Positions 1-10,310 of a stretch of DNA of 64,000 bases are shown here, piece by piece (position 1 is the stretch's first letter; each line of letters starts with the position of its first letter). Origin of the DNA: an uncultured delta proteobacterium (GTDB lineage: Bacteria; Myxococcota; B64-G9). The position numbers were made by a program, and so were the translations under genes. The stretch is taken from positions 115,914 through 179,913 of the forward strand of contig CAVWHX010000012.1 of NCBI GenBank assembly GCA_963754925.1, in the 5' to 3' direction. The notes beneath the pieces are model-generated. The model had not been told where the DNA came from. It ran no database searches and saw only the letters and a list, made by a program, of their open reading frames with translations.

Positions 1-14
1 CTCTGTAAATGACA

Positions 15-137
15 TACAGAGTGCCAGAACAAAGCAGACCAAGGAGCAACGAAGCCGAGGAGTGAGGCGTACTAAATGTACGCCGCAACGACGAGGCGAG
101 GCGGCGACGCAGGTATGCGAAGTTATGGCGCTCTGTA
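15..137. repeat. MITE/ERIC-like palindromic element (123 bp) bounded by TA dinucleotides
   Basis: Terminal inverted repeats TACAGAGTGCCAGAAC (15-30) and GTTATGGCGCTCTGTA (122-137), 14/16 complementary; internal hairpin GGCGTAC-taaat-GTACGCC (66-84); window begins with CTCTGTAA, identical to 131-138, suggesting another copy ends just before. Confidence 0.65.
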
Positions 138-140
138 AAG

Positions 141-2117
141 TTACTTTTTGCGGGTATCGACTAATACCTTAACAACGCTGGGGTCTGCCAAGGTGGAGGT
201 GTCGCCGATCGAGTCGATCTCGTTGGCCGCGATCTTGCGCAGAATGCGGCGCATGATCTTGCCCGAGCGGGTCTTGGGCAACGCATCGGCCCAGTGAATG
301 AAGTCTGGGGTGGCGATTGGTCCCATGACCTTGCGGACATGGGCGACCAGCTCTTTCCTCAGATCTTCCGATTTCTCAACACCGGCCTTCAGGGTGACAT
401 AGGCGTAGATACCTTCGCCCTTGATGTCGTGCGGGTAGCCGACCACTGCGGCCTCGGCCACCTTGGTGTAACTGACCAACGCGCTTTCGATCTCGGCCGT
501 CCCCAAACGGTGACCAGAGACCTTGATGACATCGTCCACGCGGCCGGTGATCCAGTAATAACCGTCTTCGTCGCGGCGGGCGCCGTCGCCGGTGAAATAC
601 AAACCCGGGAACATCGTGAAATACAGCTCCTTGAAACGTTCATGCTGGCCGTATACCGTGCGCATGATTCCGGGCCACGGCTCCTTGATGCACAACCGTC
701 CCGAATCGGCGCCCTTGATCTCCTGGCCTTTCTCGTCAACCAACACCGGTACGACACCAAAGAACGGCAGTGTGGCCGAACCGGGCTTGAGCGGAATCGC
801 GCCGGGAAGCGGGGTGATCAGAATGCCACCGGTTTCGGTTTGCCACCAGGTGTCGACGATCGGGCAACGTTCTTTGCCGATAACGCGGTGGTACCACAAC
901 CAAGCTTCGGGGTTGATCGGCTCGCCGACGGTTCCCAGCAGGCGCAGGCTGGTCAGCTTGCGCTTGTTCGGGAATTCCTCACCCTCGCGCATCAGAGAGC
1001 GAAGGGCGGTCGGGGCGGTGTAGAAGATGGTCACCTTGTGTTTGTCAACCACATCCCAGAAACGGCCCGAATCCGGATACGTCGGGACGCCCTCGAACTG
1101 CACGGTGGTCGCACCCTGGGAGAGGGGTCCGTACACGATGTAGGAGTGGCCGGTTATCCAGCCGATATCGGCCGTACACCAGTGAATGTCGTTTTCGTGG
1201 TAATCGAAGATGTACTTGAAACTCATGCCGGTGTAAACCATATACCCACCGATGGTGTGCAGCACGCCCTTGGGTTTGCCGGTCGAGCCCGAGGTATAGA
1301 GAATGAAGAACGGATCCTCGGCATCCATCCACTCCACCGGGCAGTCTTTTGAGGCGTTCTTGATCAGATCGTGCCACCACTCGTCGCGGCCGGCTTTCAT
1401 CGGCGTCTCAATACCCTTGCCTGAGCCCACGCGTTCGTAGACGATGCAGGTTTTCATTGAGTGGCCGCTCTTGCTGCAGATATCCATGGCGGCGTCGGCG
1501 TTGGCTTTCATCGAAACCGCTTTCTTGCCGCGGAAGGTTCCGTCGGTGGTGATCAACACGGTGCAGGTGGAATCAAGGATGCGGTCCGCCAGCGACTCGC
1601 CGGAGAACGCGCCAAACACGCACGAATGAATCGCGCCGATGCGTGCGCACGCGAGCATCGAGATCGCCAGCTCGGGAATCATCGGCATGTAAATGCTGAC
1701 CCGATCGCCCTTCTTCACGCCCTTGGCCTTGAGCACATTGGCGAAGCGGCACACTTCGTCTTTGAGCTGAGCGTAGGTGAACTTCTTTGATTCAGTCGGC
1801 TCGTTGCCTTCCCAGATCAGCGCTACCTTGTCCTTGCGTTTGCCCTCAACATGCCGGTCGAGGCAGTTGTAAGCGATGTTCGTCTTGGCGCCGGCGTAGA
1901 ACTTGATGTCGATCTTGCCGGTGAAGTCATAGGAGCGCACCTTTGACCACTTTTCCTTCCAGTAGAAGCTTTCGGCCATCTCGGCCCAAAACCCATTGGG
2001 ATCCTTGATGGACCGATCGTACATCTTGCGATATTCGTCCATCGATTTGATCCACGCATTCTTCGCAAACTCCTTCGGGGGATTGAACACCTGCTCTTTC
2101 GACTTTTCTTCTGCCAT
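141..2117 (-). CDS. acs: Acetyl-CoA synthetase (acetate--CoA ligase)
   Basis: Motifs [67 protein letters not shown]; start moved to ATG 2117 (MAEEK) behind an AGGAG SD. Confidence 0.97.
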   Translation of the reverse strand: MAEEKSKEQVFNPPKEFAKNAWIKSMDEYRKMYDRSIKDPNGFWAEMAESFYWKEKWSKVRSYDFTGKIDIKFYAGAKTNIAYNCLDRHVEGKRKDKVALIWEGNEPTESKKFTYAQLKDEVCRFANVLKAKGVKKGDRVSIYMPMIPELAISMLACARIGAIHSCVFGAFSGESLADRILDSTCTVLITTDGTFRGKKAVSMKANADAAMDICSKSGHSMKTCIVYERVGSGKGIETPMKAGRDEWWHDLIKNASKDCPVEWMDAEDPFFILYTSGSTGKPKGVLHTIGGYMVYTGMSFKYIFDYHENDIHWCTADIGWITGHSYIVYGPLSQGATTVQFEGVPTYPDSGRFWDVVDKHKVTIFYTAPTALRSLMREGEEFPNKRKLTSLRLLGTVGEPINPEAWLWYHRVIGKERCPIVDTWWQTETGGILITPLPGAIPLKPGSATLPFFGVVPVLVDEKGQEIKGADSGRLCIKEPWPGIMRTVYGQHERFKELYFTMFPGLYFTGDGARRDEDGYYWITGRVDDVIKVSGHRLGTAEIESALVSYTKVAEAAVVGYPHDIKGEGIYAYVTLKAGVEKSEDLRKELVAHVRKVMGPIATPDFIHWADALPKTRSGKIMRRILRKIAANEIDSIGDTSTLADPSVVKVLVDTRKK

Positions 2118-2261
2118 TGTGTTTTCTCCTGTGATCATGACGTTGAACGGAGGCAACGCCTGTTATTTGTCAACGAAGCGTTACTTAGGTATCATAGATT
2201 GACATTTGAGTCAAGCGAAACTGTACACGATGGAACCGACAAACAATATGCCAGCGGCTCG

Positions 2262-3695
2262 TTACCACAACGCCGCAAACTGCACTTGCAGGGCTAGGTT
2301 CGTTTGACGTTTTTGCATTTCCTCGAGCGGGATATCGCAGAATAAATCCACCAAAATTCTGAAATGCTTCTCTTCCAGCCAGAAGTGCGGACCCATGGTG
2401 ATGCGCATGAGCATTTGATCTTTGGCGTCCAGATTCGGATCAACCCAGTCAACACGAAGTATGGGCTCGATCAAACTAGTGAAACGGTAGCCGATATGAG
2501 CCCACCCTCCCAACGCTTTTTGGTCACTCACCTCAGCGATGCCGCCACCGCCCTCGCGATGCTTGAGGTAGCGCCACATAAACTCGCCCACAACATGAAG
2601 CTTGCCGTCATTATATTCAACCCCAGGGCCACCCATGATAAGCGTATCGTCGGGAACGAGCTTGCCTTTATTAGGACCGTCGGTATAGCGCATGAGTGTT
2701 CCATCGGCATTATAAACTGAGGGGAACCCGAGCCACGCATTGAAATCAATGGAAAGAGTGTTCATCGGCTTGTATGAAGCCCGCAGCATCACGTCCTTGG
2801 CCCGGTTGTTGTCAACCGTGTTGTTGACGGTTTTAGTACCATCGAGCACAAACGGGACCGATCCCATCTGCATGTAAACATTGAGGGGTTCTTGTTGATA
2901 GGGGGTATTTATCATTCCGTTGAAGACGCCAACTATGAGCACAACCTTATCGATAGGCTTATAGGTTATATCAAGCCCCAATTGGCGCCATACGCCAAAG
3001 CTTCCGTAAATGGGCAGGTTCTTGCTGTTATACATCGTAGGCAGAGCGAGGTATAGGGGATAATTGATGGCCGCAAGATCCGCCGTATTACGAGGCATCA
3101 TATACGAAAATTCGGGCACAAATCTGCCGACCCTGACACTCAGTCCGGTGTCCCAAAACCTGTATCCAAGGAACATGTCAAGCGCAAAAGATTTCTCGTC
3201 TTTCGCATCGCCCTGGAAGAAGTAGGTTAAATTTTCTGAAACAACATGTCCCTTAATCATTATACGAGCGCGTTGAAAGGAAAAGCCGATTCTCTCAAAA
3301 CGATCGTCGGTCTTGATTTCCTTTTCTCCGGAAATGGGCCCAACCGTCAGGTGATACACATCATCGAGCAGCGTTTGAAAAACCCCAAGTATGGTGATCG
3401 ACCCGTACTGCGTGTTCACACTCGGAATAAAACCTTCATGACTTCCCGGAGCGGCCGCACCCGCTCCAACCAGCGGCTTCTCTTCCTTCTTCTCAACCAC
3501 CGCTGCCGACTGCTCGGGTGCCTTCACTTCAGCATTTTCTACGGCTTTCTCTTCGTCATTCTCGACAACGGCAGGTTGCGGTGCAAGCTCAGAACCGCTT
3601 TTTTCCTGTGCAACAACAGCACCTGCTACCAACATGAAGCTGAAAAACGATGCCATCAACACACGTGACCATGAAAGAGAACGCTTCCGGACCAT
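2262..3695 (-). CDS. Outer-membrane porin, OprO/OprP-like
   Basis: Signal peptide, FSFQRARIMIKG and LSVRVGRF segments typical of OprO/P-like porins, amphipathic beta-strands, C-terminal aromatic residue (W); start at ATG 3695 with AAGGAG SD. Confidence 0.7.
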   Translation of the reverse strand: MVRKRSLSWSRVLMASFFSFMLVAGAVVAQEKSGSELAPQPAVVENDEEKAVENAEVKAPEQSAAVVEKKEEKPLVGAGAAAPGSHEGFIPSVNTQYGSITILGVFQTLLDDVYHLTVGPISGEKEIKTDDRFERIGFSFQRARIMIKGHVVSENLTYFFQGDAKDEKSFALDMFLGYRFWDTGLSVRVGRFVPEFSYMMPRNTADLAAINYPLYLALPTMYNSKNLPIYGSFGVWRQLGLDITYKPIDKVVLIVGVFNGMINTPYQQEPLNVYMQMGSVPFVLDGTKTVNNTVDNNRAKDVMLRASYKPMNTLSIDFNAWLGFPSVYNADGTLMRYTDGPNKGKLVPDDTLIMGGPGVEYNDGKLHVVGEFMWRYLKHREGGGGIAEVSDQKALGGWAHIGYRFTSLIEPILRVDWVDPNLDAKDQMLMRITMGPHFWLEEKHFRILVDLFCDIPLEEMQKRQTNLALQVQFAALW

Positions 3696-3746
3696 GACCA
3701 GCTCCTTTCTTGATTTACTTGTCAATCAACTTGCTATTAGGGTGCC

Positions 3747-3775
3747 CTTGTACTTAGCTTTACCCCTTATGTCAA
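3747..3775 (-). promoter_or_regulatory. Putative sigma-70 promoter for porin/acs
   Basis: Minus strand TTGACA-17 nt-TACAAG, ~50 nt upstream of the porin start. Confidence 0.45.
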
Positions 3776-3892
3776 GAAAGTTCTGTGCGCGGTAATGGCA
3801 ACGCCTTTCGCTACTGAAGAACTGGAGAAGTAATAGAACGCTCACTTCGCCATGACATCAACAGAAGCGCACCGATGAACGTAGGTAGGCGT

Positions 3893-6175
3893 CTATTTGC
3901 TACTGGGTAGGCTTTCGAGATCCAGTTTAGCTTCGGACAAATCCGGGGAAAATTTGATGGCCATTTCGAGCGCCTGACGAGCCTTGGAAAACTGTTTGAG
4001 CTGAATATGGACTTTGCCTAACTTATGGTAAGCTTGAGCAAATTCAGGTTTATATAGAATCGCTTTCTGATACTCGCCGAGCGCCAAATTGAGGTATTTT
4101 GTCGTTTCTTTTTTGTTGGCGGCGGCCTTGTTGTCGTAGATCATCGCCAAGTAATAATGCGCCTTGGCAAGGTTCGGCTTTTCCCTTATTGCTCTGGTTA
4201 GTTGGGCGACCGCCTCATCTGTCTGCTTTCGGTTTGCGAGGGCTATGCCGAGATCGGCGCGCGCCTCGACCAACTTCGGATCTCGCTTAAGTGCCTGCTG
4301 GTAATAGTTAATTTGCTCCTCGATGTTGCCGCGTTTATCGAAGACATCGCCCATACGGTATAACGCCACGGCATTTTTATCATCTTGGGCGATGACGCCC
4401 TGGTATTCAGCCGCCGCTAAATCCATCAACCCGCGATCGCGGTACAGATCACCGAGAACAATCCGAGCCTCGGATCGTTTGGGATCGATCCTGAGCACCT
4501 CCTTGGCATGGAAGATGGCTTGTTCGAAATCAGAAGCCTCGACCAGAAGCGGCACCAACGCCTCGTGCGGCTCTATCTGATTGGGGTTTAGGCGCACAAC
4601 CTCAAGGAGCTCTTCGAGAGCCTCCTGGCGGCGGCCCTGGTTGGCCATGGTTTTAGCCAGGTGCAGGCGCGCCATGGCATCAGATGGGTTGACCGCCAAC
4701 GCTTTCTTGAAGGCCTGCTCGGCTTTTTCAAGCTCGCCTTCTTTGAACAGCACCAGTCCTAGTTTGGTTTGAAACTCAGTTTTACCAGGGTTAATGGAAA
4801 TGGCCTTGCGAAAGTGCTGCATGGCGCGGGAGACATCGCCTTTTTGGTAGTAGGCTTCGCCCAACGCGGCGTGCGCCTCGGCATAGTCCTTGTCAATTAT
4901 CAGCGTCTCGTTGAGCTTGCCGATCGCCGCGTCGTAGTTTTTGGCGTTGAGATACGCCAGGCCCAGGTTGAAGTGCGCCTCTAAATATTTCGGGTTTTTC
5001 TCGCATGCGCTGGTATACGCATTGATCATCTTCTCGTGATCGTCTTTCCGACTGTAAGCCACCCCCAAGTTATTGTAGGCCTCGGCGTAGTTTGGATCGA
5101 GATCGATCGCCCGTTGATACGCTGCGATGGCCTCGTCCAGCTTGCCCTGCCGAAAATATGCCAATCCCTGATTGTAGTGAAACTCCGGATCGTCGGGGCG
5201 CAGGTCGAGCGCCTTACGATAGGCAGCGATCGCCGCGTCGATTTGATTTTGTTCGTAGAGCAAGTTGCCAAGGTTATTGTAGGCGTCGGCAAAGTGTGGC
5301 TCGGCTTCGATCGCCAGGTGATAGGCCTCGGCCGCACCTTTAAAATTCAAGTCCGCCCGGTAGAGATCGGCCAGTTGAAAATACGCCACGGCGAATTTAG
5401 GGTTTATCTCGGTTGCGGTCTTGTATGCGGCGACCGCCATGGCGCGTTTGCCGACGCGGGTATAGACCACACCCATATTGAAATAAGCCTCGACCATCTC
5501 GGGATGGGCGTTGAGAATCTCTCGGTAACGGTCGAGCGCTTCATCAAAATGGCCCATACGTTGCTGAAGCGCCGCTAGATTAAGCCGGGCATCGGTCTCG
5601 GTCGGACTCAGTTTTATCACCTTCTGATAGAACTCTTCTGCGGTCTTGTAGGCATCAAGGCTGTGTTGGAGATCGCCCATGCTGTGGTACGCCAGAGCCA
5701 GCGTAAAGGTCGCCTCGACATCGCCGGGGTTGGCCTTAACCACTTTCGTGTACTCATCGATTACCTCTTTAAGTGATTCATCAGCTCGTAACTTATCCTG
5801 ACCGCGCAGCAGGGCTTCATCGCTGGCCTTCTTACTCTCAACTTCAGAAGCAGCTCCGCCGGTTTCGTGGCCCGGCGCCGCACCGTTTTTACCGTTGGTG
5901 GTGGCCGCGGGGGTGTCTTTGGAGGTGCTGGGGCCTGCAGCCGTTGAAGCCTTTATTTCCGCCGGTGGGGTCTTCGCCGGCTGCGCTTGCGCCATCGCGG
6001 AAATGGTTATAACCATCGCCGCAAAAAGCTCCACAGCAGTCAAGCAACGCACCTCGACCCGTCTAGCTGTGTCGAAGACTCCGGGGGAATGCTCACAATC
6101 AATAGATTGCTCCGCTTCCCTCCTCGTCTTCTCCTTGCCAGACAGGCCGATCCGCGTTGCTTTTGTAATTTTCAT
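3893..6175 (-). CDS. Exported multi-TPR protein, last gene of the Agl-Glt-like operon
   Basis: Long run of canonical TPRs (e.g. ADAYNNLGNLLYEQNQIDAAIAAYRKALDLRP); hydrophobic signal-like segment ending AMAQA; start uncertain. Confidence 0.88.
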   Translation of the reverse strand: MKITKATRIGLSGKEKTRREAEQSIDCEHSPGVFDTARRVEVRCLTAVELFAAMVITISAMAQAQPAKTPPAEIKASTAAGPSTSKDTPAATTNGKNGAAPGHETGGAASEVESKKASDEALLRGQDKLRADESLKEVIDEYTKVVKANPGDVEATFTLALAYHSMGDLQHSLDAYKTAEEFYQKVIKLSPTETDARLNLAALQQRMGHFDEALDRYREILNAHPEMVEAYFNMGVVYTRVGKRAMAVAAYKTATEINPKFAVAYFQLADLYRADLNFKGAAEAYHLAIEAEPHFADAYNNLGNLLYEQNQIDAAIAAYRKALDLRPDDPEFHYNQGLAYFRQGKLDEAIAAYQRAIDLDPNYAEAYNNLGVAYSRKDDHEKMINAYTSACEKNPKYLEAHFNLGLAYLNAKNYDAAIGKLNETLIIDKDYAEAHAALGEAYYQKGDVSRAMQHFRKAISINPGKTEFQTKLGLVLFKEGELEKAEQAFKKALAVNPSDAMARLHLAKTMANQGRRQEALEELLEVVRLNPNQIEPHEALVPLLVEASDFEQAIFHAKEVLRIDPKRSEARIVLGDLYRDRGLMDLAAAEYQGVIAQDDKNAVALYRMGDVFDKRGNIEEQINYYQQALKRDPKLVEARADLGIALANRKQTDEAVAQLTRAIREKPNLAKAHYYLAMIYDNKAAANKKETTKYLNLALGEYQKAILYKPEFAQAYHKLGKVHIQLKQFSKARQALEMAIKFSPDLSEAKLDLESLPSSK

Positions 6176-6202
6176 CGCCTATCACCTGAACGGTTAAGTT
6201 TT

Positions 6203-6966
6203 TTATTTATTCGTGCTCTCAGTCCACCAACCCTTATCTGACTCACCGATCGCGCCGTAGTATTCTTTCTTTGCCGCCAACCATTTCTCTTCCGATCTCT
6301 TCAGCTTCGCGGCTTCGGCATCAACGTCTTTGCGGAAGTCGTTGACATAATCTTCGATCTTTTTGACCTGTTTAACAAAATCCGCTTCGTCTTTATTAAA
6401 GGCTATCGAGTGTCCTTAACCAACTGTACCTTGACTAGTTCAAACTGTGCCTTGGCAAGCAGCAGCTCTTTATCGGCAAGTTTATACAGGCTATGTTGGT
6501 GATCAAGATCGTCCTCGAGGTAATCCACCTTTACGTTGAGCATATGGATCTCTAACTTGATCGTATCGGCGTTGCGCGCCGTTGCAGCCGAGCGTGCTTT
6601 CTTTGACTCATCGATCTTGGTTTTGGTCCGGGAAATCTCGAGCTCAGTGTTCTCGATCTGGCGCTTGATTGATCCCTTGTGATCCACCGCAATCGTCACC
6701 AATGTCTCGGCTTGAAACACGGACTTGCGACTGTTTTTCGGGAGGCGCAGCAAGAGATCATCAGGAACCGTCAGCGATAGCGAGGGCCCACAACTAACGA
6801 GTCCTCCGAACATAACTGCACATGACAGCATGCGCACCAAAACCCCCGACGACCTGCCGAGCCCGAATCTCAGAAAACCCTTTCTGCTACGCGAAGGATT
6901 GCCGGAGGGCATCGCGGATCCTTGTCGGTGGCGGCGGTAACGCGTTGAAGTCATGAAGGTCGGCAT
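6203..6966 (-). CDS. Coiled-coil lipoprotein, frameshifted near 6413
   Basis: SD AAGGAG before ATG 6966; lipobox LVSC; helical heptad-like region; after ...VQLVK a frame change continues HSIAFNKDEADFVKQ...DKGWWTESTNK to TAA at 6203-6205. Confidence 0.7.
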
Positions 6967-6986
6967 TGCCAGCGCTCCTTGTTATT

Positions 6987-9900
6987 TCATTGCAGCTTGA
7001 GCTCGCCCATTGCATCCTTGACGGTTGGGTAGAGCTCAGGGGCGGAGAGGTCCATAGTTTTCACCTGGGCGAGAACATTCGAGAGCAGCGACCGGGCGCG
7101 GGTCTCGTCTTGGTATTGATAGAACAACGTTGCCAGGTTGAGTCGCGCCGGAAGGTTTTGACTATCGGTTTCCAACGACTTTTTAAAGAAGTCGTACGCC
7201 GATTGGTCATTGCCGAGGTGCCGGGAAACCACTCCCATGAGATTGAGGGTCTGCGAATGGTTCTCATTAATCTCGAGAGCCTTGCTCAACACCAATTTGG
7301 CCAGGTACAGGTCTCGACTCTGGAGAGCTTGCGTGGCAAGGTCGTCGAGCGTTTGCAGGTCGGCGGGGTTTTTCAGCAGCTTGGCCTTGAGGGCATCGAC
7401 CTGCGGACCCTGGGCTCGCCCGCCGCCCCGGCGGCGAACGAGATCGTCAGCCGTCGGTGGTTCTCTTTTGTAACAGGCCAGGGCGTACGGTCCAAAGACC
7501 CGTTTTTCCGTCACCGTCTTGATGCAGGCATCTAAGTAGGTCTTGGAACTGTCCCTCTGCGTTTTAACGAGTTCACCAATTTGTTTCAAATACTGTTTCT
7601 TTTGTTCGGCGTTGAAATCGGTTGGCACCGGTGCCGAGGAAAGAAAATCACCGAAATCATTGTAGAGTGCGGAGAGGTTGTAGAGGGCGGCGATGGCCCA
7701 GTACGCCTCCTTCATCTCTACGACCCCGGCAAAGATTTGCTCAAGCTGGTTGACCGCCTGCATCTTGCTCTGTACCGTCAACGCGTCGTCTTGACCTGCG
7801 CCAAAGCGAATGTTCCGATAGTCATTGACCAGCATTTCGCCCAGGGAGAACTGTGCCTCGGCCGCAAGCGCCCGGTCGCTTCCGCCGCCAAGGCTTGCCG
7901 CGGCGAGGTAGGCGCGCTTGGCCTCATCGCGCTTCCCCTGATGCTCGAGCGCCTTGGCCAACAACAGTTGTCCCTTGACGCTGCCCGGCCATAGGTCGAC
8001 TGCCTGCTTCGCGGTTTCAAGCACCATGCGCCAGTCGTCCTGCTTGGAATAAGCCTCGGCGATATCCACTAGGATTTTGCCGCGCTTATCGGGGGATTCC
8101 TTTTCAAGTAACGCGCGGAAAACGCGCACGGCGTCGCGGAACTCACCCAAAAAATTATACAGGCTGGCCGCGCCGTACATCGCCTCGCGAGCCTCCGGCT
8201 GCGTTGGGAATTTACCGAAGTAGTCTTCATAGAGCGATGCCGCGCGTTCAAAGTCCGCCATCTGCACCGAAAAGTTGCCGAGGGTGGCGTAGACGTCCTG
8301 AAGGTACTTCGAGTGCTGGTACTGGCGGGCCAGTTGGGCGCCAGCCTTGAAGGCCATCTCGAGGTTGCGTTTTTCCTTGGCCATGACAAACGAGCGGTAG
8401 AGCGCGTTCTCGGCCTGGCCGCCTTCAACCGTGCCGGCGTATTTCAAAAGCTCCTCGATGGCGTCTTTACCCCCGCGCGATACTTCAAGCGACTTCTTGT
8501 CAAGCTCACGGTTTTCAGCCGTCTCGACAATGGCGGCCACTTCCCTTTTGAATTTCTCGTCCCTGATGGCTGGGTCAGAGGCAAAGGCGCGCCCCTGTTT
8601 GGCCAGTCCGCTGTAATCCTCGAGTTGTTTGTAGCAATCCAACACCAGATGACCGGCCACCGCTACTTCCGAGTGGGTGGGATACTGCTTGATGTACTCA
8701 AGGAAGGATTCGATCGCCTCTTTATATTCGCCTTGATCGTAAAACATACGCGCCACGTTGAACTTGATGGTAGGCGTTTTCTCATCCTTGGGGTAGCTCT
8801 TCACATAAAAGGCGCCGAGCTGCTTCAATCCTTGGCGCGCCTCGGTCAGCCCAAAACGCGTCAAGTACTTGGCCTCGCCGAGGGCGCGCTGGAAGGATTG
8901 AATGGCCGAGAACAGCACATCTTTGCGCTCTTTGCTTTCAGACATGCGCCGGGCGATATCCTCGTATACGCGGGCGGACTCGATATATTCGTCCGAGTTA
9001 AAGAGCGATTCAGCGTAGTTATATCGCACCTCGTCGATCTTTTCAGAGTAGTCGAAAAAGCTGAGGTAATTTTTATAGGCTCGCGCCGCGATGCGGTAGG
9101 CGCGTTTCTCCTGTTGCTTTTGGGCCAACAGGTGCAGCTTGGTGACGATGTCGCGCGCATAAACCTCAAATTCCTTGGCAAGCTGTTTCTTTTCTTCATC
9201 GGGGATTCGCCAGGAGAACGTATACTTCGAGGCGGCCTTGACCAACGCAGCCACGTCCTCGTCGACCTTGTCCTTGTTTTTGGAATACGAAGAGGCGTCA
9301 TAGATGCGTTGACCATAATCGAGGTTGCGCTCGACATCATTTGACAACTCGATAATTCGCCGATAGATCAGAGCGGCACTGTCATACTGTTCCTTGATGA
9401 AATAACGGTTGGCGAGCTTCTCCAGAGCCTGGACGTAGGAGATCTTCGACGGTGCCAACTTGCGGAAATAATCGAGCGCTATCGTGGGGGGATGCACCTC
9501 GGTATAGCAAAAGACGATACCACTCAACGCCTCGATCTTGATATTGACCATTTTATGGGTGTCGACCGAGATGCCCTCGTCCGGAGTGTTGTTGGAGGTG
9601 ACTACCTGTTCAAATAACTCCAGGGCTTTCTTCCAAAACTTTTTGTCCAGCCGAGCGCGGTTAATGGCGATCCAGCCAAGCTTGTAGCGCGCCATGTCGT
9701 GGATCGGCGATTCGCGGAACTCAAGGATGCGGTTGTAAAACTTTTCGGACTCGTCGAAGTTGTCATAATTGAAGTAGTGATCGCCGACAATATACAACGC
9801 CTCGAGCATCAGCGGGCTTTTGGGGTAGTCGTCGATTAGCTTCTTATAGGTTTCGAGCATGTCATCATGCATGCCGAGCTCGAGGTATTCGTGCCCGAGA

Positions 9901-10310
9901 TAAAACAGCACCTTGTCGTTGTAACGATATTCGGGGAAACGGTGCATCAGGTCTTTGTAGATGGTGATGGCTTCGTTCTTCAGCAGCTTGGCTTCCGGCG
10001 AGGTGGCCGCCTGAGGGCCTTTGGTTTCGACATCGAGGTAGTACACTAGCCGCGACTTCTCGACGTACAACTCGGCCAGCCGAAAGATGATGTCAGGCAA
10101 AAACAGAGCGCCTTTCGACTTCTTGATCAGGTCGCGGGTGACATCAAGCGAATGATCCACCTTAATGATGTCTCGCTTGAGTCCTTCCACGAACTCGGTC
10201 TTCTCGCCGGCGTTGTCCCCCAAGGTGAAGCCACACAGCCCCACCATCAAGGCAGTTGCAACCGCCATCTTCGTCAGCAGTGTTATCGTTAATCGGGACA
10301 TGGGAATCAC
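6987..10310 (-). CDS. Large periplasmic TPR protein, GltD/AgmU-like, with an extra C-terminal TPR block
   Basis: Signal peptide, PDIIFRLAELY, YNDKVLFYLG, MARYKLGW TPR pattern as in GltD/AgmU; position within a Glt-like gene set. Confidence 0.75.
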   Translation of the reverse strand: MIPMSRLTITLLTKMAVATALMVGLCGFTLGDNAGEKTEFVEGLKRDIIKVDHSLDVTRDLIKKSKGALFLPDIIFRLAELYVEKSRLVYYLDVETKGPQAATSPEAKLLKNEAITIYKDLMHRFPEYRYNDKVLFYLGHEYLELGMHDDMLETYKKLIDDYPKSPLMLEALYIVGDHYFNYDNFDESEKFYNRILEFRESPIHDMARYKLGWIAINRARLDKKFWKKALELFEQVVTSNNTPDEGISVDTHKMVNIKIEALSGIVFCYTEVHPPTIALDYFRKLAPSKISYVQALEKLANRYFIKEQYDSAALIYRRIIELSNDVERNLDYGQRIYDASSYSKNKDKVDEDVAALVKAASKYTFSWRIPDEEKKQLAKEFEVYARDIVTKLHLLAQKQQEKRAYRIAARAYKNYLSFFDYSEKIDEVRYNYAESLFNSDEYIESARVYEDIARRMSESKERKDVLFSAIQSFQRALGEAKYLTRFGLTEARQGLKQLGAFYVKSYPKDEKTPTIKFNVARMFYDQGEYKEAIESFLEYIKQYPTHSEVAVAGHLVLDCYKQLEDYSGLAKQGRAFASDPAIRDEKFKREVAAIVETAENRELDKKSLEVSRGGKDAIEELLKYAGTVEGGQAENALYRSFVMAKEKRNLEMAFKAGAQLARQYQHSKYLQDVYATLGNFSVQMADFERAASLYEDYFGKFPTQPEAREAMYGAASLYNFLGEFRDAVRVFRALLEKESPDKRGKILVDIAEAYSKQDDWRMVLETAKQAVDLWPGSVKGQLLLAKALEHQGKRDEAKRAYLAAASLGGGSDRALAAEAQFSLGEMLVNDYRNIRFGAGQDDALTVQSKMQAVNQLEQIFAGVVEMKEAYWAIAALYNLSALYNDFGDFLSSAPVPTDFNAEQKKQYLKQIGELVKTQRDSSKTYLDACIKTVTEKRVFGPYALACYKREPPTADDLVRRRGGGRAQGPQVDALKAKLLKNPADLQTLDDLATQALQSRDLYLAKLVLSKALEINENHSQTLNLMGVVSRHLGNDQSAYDFFKKSLETDSQNLPARLNLATLFYQYQDETRARSLLSNVLAQVKTMDLSAPELYPTVKDAMGELKLQ

